Part shown: piece by piece, positions 47,770 through 59,953 of the stretch | Layout of the letters: each line of letters begins with the position of its first letter | Position numbering within the stretch: position 1 is the first letter of the stretch | Origin: Candidatus Parcubacteria bacterium | GTDB lineage: Bacteria; Patescibacteriota; Minisyncoccia; Phycocordibacterales; UBA5272 | Direction of reading: 5' to 3' | Assembly (NCBI GenBank): GCA_039796775.1 | Contig: JBDKJD010000003.1 | Span: 12,697-76,696 of the forward strand | Length of the DNA stretch: 64,000 nucleotides | Position numbers and translations under genes: made by a program | Notes under the pieces: model-generated | What the model saw: the letters and a program-made list of their open reading frames with translations, nothing else | What the model was told of the DNA's origin: nothing | The model's database searches: none

Positions 47770-49527
47770 ATGAAAAACGAGTCTCAATCATCACTTCTTA
47801 ATAAAAAGCGTCACTCTCTCGCCCATATCCTTTTAATGGCAATCAAAGATGTTTACCCGTCTGCGCTTCCAACTATTGGTCCAGTGACCGAAAACGGCTT
47901 TTATTATGATATAGATTTCGGCACACAGAAGGTTGGTGTAGACGAACTCCCTCTTCTCCAGTCAAAAATGATCGAAATCCTCAAACAGAATCTCGACTTC
48001 CGTGTAGAAGAGGTCTCACAAATAAAAGCCAAAGAACTTTTCTCATCTAATAAATATAAACTTGAGATTATTGATGGTATTGTAGAAGAAAACGTTCCTG
48101 TGACACTCTATCATACAGGAGACACTTTTTTTGATCTATGCGAAGGCCCACATGTTGAGAACACATCTCTCATCGCTATTGATTCATTTAAGTTAGAGAA
48201 AGTGGCAGGAGCGTATTGGAGAGGAGATGAAAAGCGAGAGATGCTCACCCGTATCTATGGTATTGCATTTGATACAAAAGAAGAACTAGGTGCGTATGAA
48301 ACTCAATTAGAGGAAGCTAAGAAAAGAGATCACAGAATCGTTGGTCAACAATTGAAATTATTCACCTTCTCACCTTTGGTGGGTCCTGGTCTACCACTGT
48401 GGACACCACGCGGCACAATACTTCGTCAGAAGATTGACTCGTATGTTCAGGAGTTACGATCACAATACAATTATCAACCAGTAGCGATTCCTCATATCAC
48501 CAAAAAAGATTTATATCTTAAAAGTGGTCACTGGGAGAAATATGCTGAGGATCTTTTCAAAATAGACACACGCGACGGGCATACCTATTGTATGAAGCCG
48601 ATGAACTGTCCTCATCATACACAAATATATGCGAGTGAGTTACGATCATACAAAGAACTTCCTGTACGTTACTCTGAGACAACAATGGTATATCGTGATG
48701 AACAGTCAGGAGAACTCTCTGGACTTAATCGTGTCCTCTCTATCACTCAAGATGACGCGCATGTCTTTTGTCGTGAATCACAATTAGAAGCGGAAGTTGA
48801 AGGTATTTGGGATTTGATCGAGCGATTCTATTCTACTTTTGGCTACAAGGAATTAATTCCTCGCTTTTCAAGACGAAACAATGAACCAAAGTACAAAGGC
48901 TCAGACGAAATATGGCAGAAAGCGGAAGGCGCTATCAAGAATTTGATTGAAAAGAAATCAAACAACAATTGGATAGACGGCGAAGGGGAAGCTGCATTTT
49001 ACGGACCAAAAGTTGACTTCATGGCCAAGGACTCTCTCGGCCGCACATGGCAAGTGGGAACTATTCAAATAGACTTCTTGCAACCGACCAACTTCGGACT
49101 AGAGTATGTATCAGAAGAAGGTAAACGTGAGATGCCTGTCATGATACATTGCGCAATCGCTGGCTCTCTCGAAAGATTCTTGTCTATTTATATAGAACAC
49201 GTTGGCGGCAACTTCCCTCTTTGGTTGTCACCTGTGCAAGTTGCTGTGCTTCCGATCAATGAAAAGCATCATAGCTACACACAAGGTATAGTTGAAACTC
49301 TAAGAAAAAATGGGTTACGTGTAGAATTAGATACTTCAAAAGATGGGCTCGGTAAAAAAGTGCGTTATCAAAAAGAAATGAAGACACCATACTGGCTTGT
49401 AATCGGCGATAAAGACATGGAGGCGAATAAGGTGACACTAGAATCTCGTGATAATGGTAATCTTGGACAAATGAGCATTGAAGAATTGATAGTTAAATTA
49501 GGAGAAGAGGTTACAAAAAAGATTTAA
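47770..49527 (+). CDS. thrS: threonyl-tRNA synthetase (lacking N-terminal TGS extension)
   Basis: RHSLAHILLMAIKDVYP, CPHHTQIY, ITQDDAHVFC class II motifs; anticodon-binding C-terminus. Confidence 0.9.
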   Translation: MKNESQSSLLNKKRHSLAHILLMAIKDVYPSALPTIGPVTENGFYYDIDFGTQKVGVDELPLLQSKMIEILKQNLDFRVEEVSQIKAKELFSSNKYKLEIIDGIVEENVPVTLYHTGDTFFDLCEGPHVENTSLIAIDSFKLEKVAGAYWRGDEKREMLTRIYGIAFDTKEELGAYETQLEEAKKRDHRIVGQQLKLFTFSPLVGPGLPLWTPRGTILRQKIDSYVQELRSQYNYQPVAIPHITKKDLYLKSGHWEKYAEDLFKIDTRDGHTYCMKPMNCPHHTQIYASELRSYKELPVRYSETTMVYRDEQSGELSGLNRVLSITQDDAHVFCRESQLEAEVEGIWDLIERFYSTFGYKELIPRFSRRNNEPKYKGSDEIWQKAEGAIKNLIEKKSNNNWIDGEGEAAFYGPKVDFMAKDSLGRTWQVGTIQIDFLQPTNFGLEYVSEEGKREMPVMIHCAIAGSLERFLSIYIEHVGGNFPLWLSPVQVAVLPINEKHHSYTQGIVETLRKNGLRVELDTSKDGLGKKVRYQKEMKTPYWLVIGDKDMEANKVTLESRDNGNLGQMSIEELIVKLGEEVTKKI

Positions 49528-49542
49528 GCTGACTATAAAAAT

Positions 49543-49574
49543 AATGCCCTCAAACCTTTAGGTTTGAGGGCATT
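49543..49574 (+). terminator. thrS terminator
   Basis: aatgccctcaaacc-ttta-ggtttgagggcatt. Confidence 0.65.
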
Positions 49575-49598
49575 TGTGATGTGCTTACACTGAGCACA

Positions 49599-49829
49599 TC
49601 ACTCATCTAAGTGGAGCTCTCCTTGTTTTGGTTGCCAACCACCACATGTGCCAGCAGATAGCGGTGACGCAAGTTGTTGTGTCTGACAAGGGGCAGGAGT
49701 ACCATTCCCATTCCAAGCTGTGACACACTCACCTAGGGCACGCCAAGCATCAAAGCAGTCTTGGGCTGGTGATGGATTAACAAGGCCACCACCCTGTTCA
49801 GTTACCACCCCACTGTTTGGTGTTTCCAT
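49599..49829 (-). CDS. 76-aa Cys-containing small peptide (candidate bacteriocin/RiPP-like precursor or abundant small protein)
   Basis: Perfect TTGACA-17nt-TATAAT promoter (49862..49890, minus) and AAGGAG SD 5 nt before ATG; local GC about 50%. Confidence 0.4.
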   Translation of the reverse strand: METPNSGVVTEQGGGLVNPSPAQDCFDAWRALGECVTAWNGNGTPAPCQTQQLASPLSAGTCGGWQPKQGELHLDE

Positions 49830-50372
49830 GATTGCTCCTTATAAAAAATAACAACACACATATTATACTATGTAAATAGTTTTTTGTCAAAGAAAAAACC
49901 TTGCGTTTAAACGTAAAGGTTTGTAATCAACGAGTGAGAGCGGAGAGAATTATTGTTAGCTACACGTCTGCTGTTGTGTTTGAGGAGTTGAACCTCCTTG
50001 TTGCTTTGGAGGGTAATAAGCTCCCTGTTGAGCAACACGAGGGCGGCCTCCTTGGTCAGTGCTTGAATGGGGACTCCCCGACCCATGTTGTTTTTGGAGG
50101 CTTTGTTCAAACTAGGGATATCGACTCATCTAAATCTCCTTCATCATTGGCTGCAAAAAATCTTTGTTGACGGGTTTCAATATAGACACACCCATCATAA
50201 AAGAGCTGATCATTAGACGCTTCAGCATGATTACTCATACGCATCTACTCCTAAAAGAAGACTATTATCATGTCACAGATATGTTCCCTTATCAATATAC
50301 TTTAAACCAGTCTAGTAACGCGAAGACTTTAATAATGAGGATGTTAAATCTAAATTAAAGTCTGTATGTGGT

Positions 50373-50891
50373 TTATTCTAAAATAGAATATTCTTTGTGA
50401 AGAGTAATAGAGAGCTCTGCGGCTTTTGCTTTAGTGATTGTATCTCCTGTACCTGTAGAATTGTTCACCTGGAACGCGAATACCTCATCAGAGAATGTCA
50501 CCTCTTCATTGTGGCGTAGATCGTACTCTTCTTGAGTGATATCGCCTTCTATCTTTTTCACTTCGAGAATCGCAGCTGGATTATGTTTTTGTATATAACG
50601 AAGCACTCGTTCTACGTCATTGATAGCTTCATCTGTAACTGGTGAGTGCTTCCAATTCTTGTGATAGTCAGAAATAAAATGATCAAGTTTTGCGGGGATA
50701 AAAATACGAATTCGTGAACACATTGGATCATGTTTAATCCATTCATCCATAGCATAATAATCAACTCCTGTAGCTCCACCTGTTACCATTCCATCACCAC
50801 GAGAAAAGACTTCGCGCGCAGCCGCACGAACATCGCATTCAACTTCTGTATTAGTGAGACGCCATGTCCCTGTGAAAATAATCCAACGCAT
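50373..50891 (-). CDS. SLOG-superfamily (DprA/Smf-like Rossmann) protein
   Basis: IIFTGTW...VTGGATGVDYYAMDEW and EVFAFQVNNSTGTGDTI resemble DprA GxARGID and C-terminal motifs. Confidence 0.4.
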   Translation of the reverse strand: MRWIIFTGTWRLTNTEVECDVRAAAREVFSRGDGMVTGGATGVDYYAMDEWIKHDPMCSRIRIFIPAKLDHFISDYHKNWKHSPVTDEAINDVERVLRYIQKHNPAAILEVKKIEGDITQEEYDLRHNEEVTFSDEVFAFQVNNSTGTGDTITKAKAAELSITLHKEYSILE

Positions 50892-50946
50892 ATAAGAGAT
50901 GCTATTCTACCACAAAAAACATTAGTATAGTTTGACCTACACCTTC

Positions 50947-53025
<2,079 letters not shown>

Positions 53026-53111
53026 TTAAATTAATACACTTAATTATAGCATTTAAAGCACTAGAAAGCGAGTGGAAAATTGACAATATTATCCTTATTT
53101 TTCAAGGTTTT

Positions 53112-54437
53112 TTATATGTATTTTTTGAGCTCTTTTATAAAAAGGTCGTTACGTTCATATTCATTATTAAAATACTTTGAAAAAGAAGCAAATCCAGGGC
53201 TAAATAAAATAATATCCCCCTCTTTCGCGAGAGTGAAAGCTTTTTCTATACACTCTTCTAAAGTTTCAAAAAGATACTTTTTTGGAAGTGATATGGTGTC
53301 AGTCCCAGTTCCAGAAAGATAAATGACTTCTTGTGTATGACTCTCTAGGTATATCTCGTATTCTTCCTTCGGTAGACCCTTATCAGCTCCTCCTGTTATA
53401 ACCAAAGGGCTTTTATCGAATGCTTCTTCTATTGCCTTGATACCAGCAACAACAGCGTCACCTGTAGTTGCGTTATTATCATTAAACACACGAACACCTC
53501 GGAAAAGACCAAGATCTTCTAAGCGTCCATCTACTGGCTTAAACGTAGCGATAGCAGTATCAATTTCTTCGTCAGTTAATCCACACTGAAGGGCAGCTTC
53601 GTATGCGAGTCCTGCGGACATCTGATTATGCTCACCTATCATATTCATTGGCACCACTCTTTTTGAAGCAACGATCATAGCCTGTCGCTTATCCCTCTTT
53701 AGGATTTCGTCTTGAGCCTGCGGACTTACGATGAGAACATCATGCTTCTCCTGATTTCGGTAAATAGCAGCCTTGTCATTAAAGTACGCCTCTTTATCGT
53801 TCTTATAATAATTCATATGATCATCCATGAAGCTAGTGAAGACTGAAATGTGGGGTGAAATATTCATATCCCTAAACCCTTGGAGCTGCCAACTGTCAAG
53901 TTCTAGCACTAGATAATCACCATCTTCTACCTCGTCTAACAAAGGAAGGTTAGCAACTCCGCGAATATTTCCTCCAAGCTTAACACTTATACCGTTTTCT
54001 TTAAGGATGTGTGAGATAAGTTGTGTCACTGTGCTCTTGCCTCTTGTGCCAGTGACCCCAATAACAGTAACATCAGGAAGCCTCCCCATACATATGGAAA
54101 CCACTTTTGCTGCAGTCATATACACTGGCACTCCGTGTTTTTTGGCATGAAGAAGGTATTCGCTGTCAAACGGCACACCAGCCGCTTTTATAATAAAATC
54201 TCTATTTTCAAAGTCTTCCATCTTGTGTTCACCAAGATGGTAGATAATATTGTCAAACTCTTCTAATTCTTTAACAGAACTACTAAGCTGCTCTCTCGTC
54301 TTTTTATCTGTAACTATTACCTCTCCGCAATGTAATGCTAGAAAACGAGAATCCCCTACACCACGACCAAGCAACCCAAGCCCCATAACAGTTACTTTCT
54401 TTCCTTTAAAAAAATCTTCGTATAGTTCTTTCTTCAT
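53112..54437 (-). CDS. murD: UDP-N-acetylmuramoylalanine--D-glutamate ligase
   Basis: VMGLGLLGRG Rossmann start, VIGVTGTRGKSTV P-loop. Confidence 0.85.
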   Translation of the reverse strand: MKKELYEDFFKGKKVTVMGLGLLGRGVGDSRFLALHCGEVIVTDKKTREQLSSSVKELEEFDNIIYHLGEHKMEDFENRDFIIKAAGVPFDSEYLLHAKKHGVPVYMTAAKVVSICMGRLPDVTVIGVTGTRGKSTVTQLISHILKENGISVKLGGNIRGVANLPLLDEVEDGDYLVLELDSWQLQGFRDMNISPHISVFTSFMDDHMNYYKNDKEAYFNDKAAIYRNQEKHDVLIVSPQAQDEILKRDKRQAMIVASKRVVPMNMIGEHNQMSAGLAYEAALQCGLTDEEIDTAIATFKPVDGRLEDLGLFRGVRVFNDNNATTGDAVVAGIKAIEEAFDKSPLVITGGADKGLPKEEYEIYLESHTQEVIYLSGTGTDTISLPKKYLFETLEECIEKAFTLAKEGDIILFSPGFASFSKYFNNEYERNDLFIKELKKYI

Positions 54438-54444
54438 ACTCTAT

Positions 54445-55707
54445 TTACACAAAATCAATTTTATTAATCTCTTCGAATGCATTTCCTGCACCCATATTCA
54501 CAATCACAGTCTTCTCTCTTGTATAAGAATTGACGAAAGACGCAATAAGAGAAAGTGAATCTAGTTTTTTAGCGTTACCTCCTTTTGTGTTAATGGCTTC
54601 AACGACAATATCCTGATTAATCACCGTGTCGTCTTCTAATCGCGCCTTATAAATGGGAAGAATATACACCTCGTCAACTTCACTCAACACTTCAACAAAA
54701 TCTGACAGCAGTACCTTAGTACGAGAATACAGGTGAGGCTGAAATAGCATAACAATATACCACTCTCCTTTAGGAAACTTTTCTCTTAGGGCTTTGTGTG
54801 TAGCAAGAATCTCTGCAGGGTGATGACCATAATCATCATAAACTGCTATGCCTGCTTTTGTTGTGCCTTTATATTCCATTCTTCTCCATGTCCCTGGAAA
54901 TGATAAGAGTCCCTTTCGTATCTTCTCTTCATCAAGCCCAAGAGACTTGAGTAAGGTTAGAACAAGACTCGCGTTTTCTCTATTATGTGTGCCAGGCACT
55001 GAGAGGCTAATCGTTGTCCCAACCTCAGCATCCACAGCAATATGTTTAGCTGATGTTGAGAGAGTTACATTTGGATGTGTCACAAGAACCCCTTCACTGT
55101 CTAGTTTTTCTACGAATGACTGAAAAGCGCTTCGTATATCATCGATATCTTTATAATAGTCCAAGTGGTCGGCGTCGATATTTGTGACAATGACATGAGT
55201 TGGGTGAAGGTTTAAAAATGATCGCTTATATTCACACGCTTCAACAATTAAATAGTCACTATCTCCTGCAATAAAGTTAGTACCACCTTCTGCCAACAAG
55301 CTTCCCACAATAACCGTTGGACGGATACCGCATGCCTTCATAGCATAATAAGTCATCGCAGTAGTTGTAGTCTTACCGTGGGTACCACATATTGCTATTG
55401 TGGTTTTCTCTTTCGTTACTTCACCTAATGCTTCTGGATATGTCCTTAGCTCTAAACCTCGCTTCTTAGCTTCTTCGTATTCTGGATTAGTGTCGAGTAC
55501 GGCAATAGAGTAAACAACTTTTGCAACATCCTCAGTAACATGAGAAGCATCATGACCTTGGTAAAAAATAACTCCTTCTTTCTCGAGTGCTTTGGTTAAG
55601 TCTGATGCCGCACTATCTGACCCAGAAACTTCATGGCCTTGTGACTTGTAGTACCTAGCTAACGCAGAAAGTCCTATTCCTCCTATTCCAATGCAGTGAA
55701 TCTTCAT
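54445..55707 (-). CDS. murC: UDP-N-acetylmuramate--L-alanine ligase
   Basis: IHCIGIGGIGLSALA, IAICGTHGKTTTTAM. Confidence 0.85.
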   Translation of the reverse strand: MKIHCIGIGGIGLSALARYYKSQGHEVSGSDSAASDLTKALEKEGVIFYQGHDASHVTEDVAKVVYSIAVLDTNPEYEEAKKRGLELRTYPEALGEVTKEKTTIAICGTHGKTTTTAMTYYAMKACGIRPTVIVGSLLAEGGTNFIAGDSDYLIVEACEYKRSFLNLHPTHVIVTNIDADHLDYYKDIDDIRSAFQSFVEKLDSEGVLVTHPNVTLSTSAKHIAVDAEVGTTISLSVPGTHNRENASLVLTLLKSLGLDEEKIRKGLLSFPGTWRRMEYKGTTKAGIAVYDDYGHHPAEILATHKALREKFPKGEWYIVMLFQPHLYSRTKVLLSDFVEVLSEVDEVYILPIYKARLEDDTVINQDIVVEAINTKGGNAKKLDSLSLIASFVNSYTREKTVIVNMGAGNAFEEINKIDFV

Positions 55708-55753
55708 ATATAAAGTTGTACCAAAAAATGCTATTAAATGCTAGTATTAGGAG

Positions 55754-56440
55754 ATGAAAGCAATTATTCTATGCGGCGGTCGTGGCGCGCGTATGGCACC
55801 CCTGACTGACGCACTCCCTAAACCAATGCTTACCGTGCTTGATAAAAATCTTATCGAATGGAAATTGGAAGCTCTTCCAAACAACGTAGAAGAAATTATT
55901 CTTGTGGTTGGGTATTTAAAGAAGAAGATCAGCGACTACTTCGGCGACACATGGAATAGTATCCCTATACGTTATATAGAACAACATGTACTCGATGGCA
56001 CAGGTGGAGCTATTGCATTATGTGAACCATATATAAACGATAGAGCTCTCATCATGATGGGAGATGATATCTATGATAAAAAAGACTTAGAACAACTATC
56101 TAAGCATCCTTTCTCAATGCTTGTTGTAGACGGCGGAGAAGAAGCAAAAAATATAAAAGCAGGCAAAGTTGTAGAACGTGACGGACTATTCATTGGATTA
56201 AATGAAGGCCTTGCAGACACTGGGGTTGAGACGACGCTCATTAATGCAGCGGCGTACACTATATCAAAAAAATATTTTAACTATGAAAAAGTAAAAGTGA
56301 GCGAGAATGAGTACGGGCTCCCTCACACCCTTGTATCAGTTGCCAAAGATCACCCTGTACATATCATAAAAACAGATGCTTGGATACAGATCACAACACC
56401 AAATTGCTTACAGAAAGCCGCCGAAAGAATAAGTAAATAG
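55754..56440 (+). CDS. sugar-phosphate nucleotidyltransferase (NTP_transferase domain)
   Basis: MKAIILCGGRGARMAPLT G-G-x-G-x-R motif. Confidence 0.7.
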   Translation: MKAIILCGGRGARMAPLTDALPKPMLTVLDKNLIEWKLEALPNNVEEIILVVGYLKKKISDYFGDTWNSIPIRYIEQHVLDGTGGAIALCEPYINDRALIMMGDDIYDKKDLEQLSKHPFSMLVVDGGEEAKNIKAGKVVERDGLFIGLNEGLADTGVETTLINAAAYTISKKYFNYEKVKVSENEYGLPHTLVSVAKDHPVHIIKTDAWIQITTPNCLQKAAERISK

Positions 56441-56538
56441 AATACAAAAGAGCTACTACGTACCGCTTATCAGCTTAGCAATCACGAACCTAAATACCAT
56501 TCACTCTACACACTATAAGCTAGTAACTATCGACTGTT

Positions 56539-58455
56539 TTATCTCACCTCGAAGCCTTTTTCTTTTAGGGCTGCATACACTTTATCAGCTACAGCATTAG
56601 CCTCTTCGTCTGTGAGCGTTCTGTCACTTGACTGAAGAACCATACGAAAGGCGTAGGATGTCTTTTGTGTTCCATCTTCAAATGTCTTCTGAAATGTATC
56701 GAACATATCACATGAAATAACAAGAGATGGAAGTGCTCCCTTAATCGCATTCATAATATCAGGAAACGTAATACCTGTTGGTACAAACACCGCCACATCT
56801 CTCACAATAAAAGGATATGGTGACACAGGTTGATATGACGAAGTTAATGTATGTGAGGTAAGTGGAATATATTCAGTCTTTTCTTCAAGACTGCTTATAA
56901 GTGCATCAAAATCAATCACAACACAATACGGTTTAGTTGATGCAACAACAAATGGTATCGAGTCTACCTGAAGCGCATCTTTGATATTAGAAACAATAGC
57001 TACAATATCTGCTTCATATGATGATTTCTTCTTGCCGTCGTCTATCAATAGTGCGAGCTCACGTCTCTCACCTTCTTTAGTGAAAACATTACCGAACTCA
57101 TAGAGTTTGATGAGGTTTGTTTTAAGAAGTGGAGCGTTCTGCATATTGAGTGAAAATGCATGCATCACCCCACCTGAGAGACTAGAACGCAATACCTCTT
57201 TATCACTCGCAAGACCTTTTTTGATTCTGACTTCTCCTTGATTACCAAATGAATACGTCATAATATCAGAAAAGTCATGAGCAAAAAGAATATTCCTCAC
57301 AATATTCTCATATGCGAGCCGTTTATGTGGGATGCCTTTTCGTTTTAGATCAGGTAACACACTTGGTACAGAATTGAGACCGTTGATGCGTACTATTTCT
57401 TCAATAATATCTTCCTTGGCAACAATATCGAGACGGTTGAGCGGTGGTGCGATAACAAACACTCCATTATCTTCTGTATACAAAAAATTAAGCGCCTCAA
57501 ATACACTAACAACTTTTTCTCTTTGATATGACGTTCCTAAATAACGATTGACTTCTGCCAAAGTAATTCTTATAGTTCTCTGTTGTTCTTCTCTTCCTTT
57601 CACATCAACAATATTACTAATCACCGCTCCTTCATTTTGTTTTTTGATAAGAGCGATCGTCATACGAAGCCCTTCTTCAACCAAAGAATCACTCAATTCG
57701 TTTTCAAAACGCTTTGAAGCATCTGTTCTTATGCCATAGGCTTGAGATGTTTTCCTTATAAGAACAGGATTAAAGTTAGCAGATTCCAAAATAACACTTG
57801 TCGTAGTGCTGCTTATCCCTGAATACTTGCCTCCTTTTATACCAGCCAAACCAAGAGGTTTTTTGGTATCTGCGATGACAAGTGTTTTTTCATTAAGAGA
57901 TAATTCTTTGTCATCTAATGTGACAAGAGATTCTCCACTACGTGCGAAACGGGCAATAAGCGTAGCGTCTTCTACAAGACTTGCATCATAGGCATGCATC
58001 GGTTTGTTGATAGCGAATTGCACATAATTAGTAATATCAACGATTGAGTTAATACTCTTTTGTCCTATAGCAAGAAGTTGCTTCTTGAGCCATTCTGGAG
58101 ATTCGGTGACAGTAACTCCATCAATACGAACTGACATGAATCTGGTACACGCATCTCTATCTTCTATTACAATGTGAGGTGGGGTGACAGCAGTGTCCCC
58201 TTCTCCTTCATAATACATCTCAGGGTCGACGAATGTCGTCTTACATAATGCTGTGACATCACGTGCAATACCACGATGAGAGAGAGCATCATGTGCACGA
58301 TTAGGTAATACTTTGATATCAAAAACATCATCACCCTCATACTGTGTCACTTCTTCAATTTCAAAAGCATTGAGCGTAATAAGCTCTTTAAGCGTCTCTG
58401 TATCGTTAAGTGTTTCTTTGCTATATGTTTGTAGCCATTGTTTGCTGAATTTCAT
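56539..58455 (-). CDS. pheT: phenylalanyl-tRNA synthetase beta subunit (short form)
   Basis: B3/B4 and B5 domain order, C-terminal FDX-ACB; 638 aa. Confidence 0.85.
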   Translation of the reverse strand: MKFSKQWLQTYSKETLNDTETLKELITLNAFEIEEVTQYEGDDVFDIKVLPNRAHDALSHRGIARDVTALCKTTFVDPEMYYEGEGDTAVTPPHIVIEDRDACTRFMSVRIDGVTVTESPEWLKKQLLAIGQKSINSIVDITNYVQFAINKPMHAYDASLVEDATLIARFARSGESLVTLDDKELSLNEKTLVIADTKKPLGLAGIKGGKYSGISSTTTSVILESANFNPVLIRKTSQAYGIRTDASKRFENELSDSLVEEGLRMTIALIKKQNEGAVISNIVDVKGREEQQRTIRITLAEVNRYLGTSYQREKVVSVFEALNFLYTEDNGVFVIAPPLNRLDIVAKEDIIEEIVRINGLNSVPSVLPDLKRKGIPHKRLAYENIVRNILFAHDFSDIMTYSFGNQGEVRIKKGLASDKEVLRSSLSGGVMHAFSLNMQNAPLLKTNLIKLYEFGNVFTKEGERRELALLIDDGKKKSSYEADIVAIVSNIKDALQVDSIPFVVASTKPYCVVIDFDALISSLEEKTEYIPLTSHTLTSSYQPVSPYPFIVRDVAVFVPTGITFPDIMNAIKGALPSLVISCDMFDTFQKTFEDGTQKTSYAFRMVLQSSDRTLTDEEANAVADKVYAALKEKGFEVR

Positions 58456-58599
58456 ATGTATAAGATATCGGTTAAAAGGATGTCTGACATTATACTACAA
58501 CAATACTATAATTTACTCATCTTCGCCATCTAGGCGTCCGAGAAACCCCGAACCCTGTTCGGGGTTTCGATTGTCCCTAAGATAAAGACTTGCTACTCT

Positions 58600-58940
58600 T
58601 CTTTTTATTTCTTCAAATTTTTTATTTGACAGTTTCCCAAGTTTTCTCAAAAGCCTTTTATTACTCAAGTGGCGCATTTGATGCAAAATGATGCAACTTT
58701 CCTGTTCATTGTGAGTGTAGGCATAAAAGTAAGAACCTTGTTTCTTTTTTGTTGTAATAGGTAATCACAAAAAAGCATTTGAGTTCAATTTTTTAAAAAC
58801 AAGAACGGGTCTTTCTCAAGACTCATTTTTGCCATCTATTTCTTCGCCAAGATTCTTCCCAAGACTGCACCACCAAATATCTCTTTCGCTAAATATAGGC
58901 CCTTCTTTTTCTGATAAATTACTTTTTACAGAAATCCATT
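58600..58940 (-). pseudogene. possible decayed PemK/MazF-like toxin gene remnant in pheS-pheT spacer
   Basis: Minus-strand translation gives ...SERDIWWCSLGKNLGEEIDGKNESLERPVLVFKKLNSNAFFVITYY... (MazF-like GxxIWxxxLxPxxGxEQxGxRPxLV) interrupted by stops. Confidence 0.3.
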
Positions 58941-58961
58941 TTGAGAATTCTTCTTTCGTTT

Positions 58962-59780
58962 TTAAAATTGATTAACTAAACGAAGATCGCCGTTATAGAG
59001 CATACGAATATCATCAATGCCAGTCTTGAGCATGATAAGACGATCAAGTCCGCCACCAAAAGCAAATCCTTGATACAGAAGTGGATCAAGTCCTGCATTC
59101 TTGAGTACTTGTGGATGCACCATGCCAGCTCCCATTATCTCTATCCAGCCAGATGCTGAACATACATTACATCGCGAACTATCTTGAAGTATCCCTGTTC
59201 CATTACATTTAAAGCACTGCATATCAACTTCTACTGAAGGTTCTGTAAAAGGAAAGAATGATGAGCGGAGGCGTACTTCTGTTTTCTTCTCAAGAAATTC
59301 TGTGAAGTAATGTTCAAGCACTCCTTTTAAGTGAGCAAGCGTAATATCTTTGCCTATCATGAGACCCTCCACCTGAAAGAACTGCGCCTCATGACGAGCG
59401 TCGGTGGCTTCATTTCTAAACACTTTACCAGGCACAACTACAGCTATCGGAAATTCTCTCTCCTCCTTAATCCATCTCTCAATAGTGCGGACTTGTACAC
59501 CGGAGGTATGTGTACGGAGAACATAACCAAGTGAACCAAAAGTTGTCTCAGCTTCCTGTTCTTTTGTGGTCTTCGTGCGAGTGTGCGAGATAGTGTTTTG
59601 ATCTATCCAAAAGGTATCTTGCATATCACGAGACGGGTGATCGCGAGGGACATTCAAAGCGTCAAAATTATACCATTCACTCTCGAGTTCTGGACCGTCA
59701 ACAATATCAAAACCTATTCCGGTAAATATCTGAGACACCTTGTCTATCGCTTGAGTTATAGGGTGGAAATGAGAAGACAT
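58962..59780 (-). CDS. pheS: phenylalanyl-tRNA synthetase alpha subunit (short form)
   Basis: Class II motifs incl. FRNE..., GAGMVHPQVL, GFAFGGGLDRLIML. Confidence 0.85.
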   Translation of the reverse strand: MSSHFHPITQAIDKVSQIFTGIGFDIVDGPELESEWYNFDALNVPRDHPSRDMQDTFWIDQNTISHTRTKTTKEQEAETTFGSLGYVLRTHTSGVQVRTIERWIKEEREFPIAVVVPGKVFRNEATDARHEAQFFQVEGLMIGKDITLAHLKGVLEHYFTEFLEKKTEVRLRSSFFPFTEPSVEVDMQCFKCNGTGILQDSSRCNVCSASGWIEIMGAGMVHPQVLKNAGLDPLLYQGFAFGGGLDRLIMLKTGIDDIRMLYNGDLRLVNQF

Positions 59781-59802
59781 GACTGTAATTATACCATAGT
59801 TT

Positions 59803-59851
59803 AAAGCTTAAAGCTTATAGCTTATAGCTTATAGCTTATAGCTTATAGCTT
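59803..59851. repeat. 7-bp tandem repeat (aaagctt x2 + atagctt x5)
   Basis: Seen directly; lies 23 nt upstream of pheS start codon. Confidence 0.9.
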
Positions 59852-59953
59852 AGAAAAAGTGTAAGCCTGATTCGCGAATAAATTAAATGTGTATAAATGT
59901 ATCTGTATTACCATATTCTACGTTCTATACTCTACATTCTGTACCCCTCCTCT

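Noticed and set aside
58313-58585. 90-aa plus-strand ORF overlapping pheT start
   Set aside because: Low-complexity Ser/Leu-rich, antisense to pheT N-terminus and spacer hairpin; no start context
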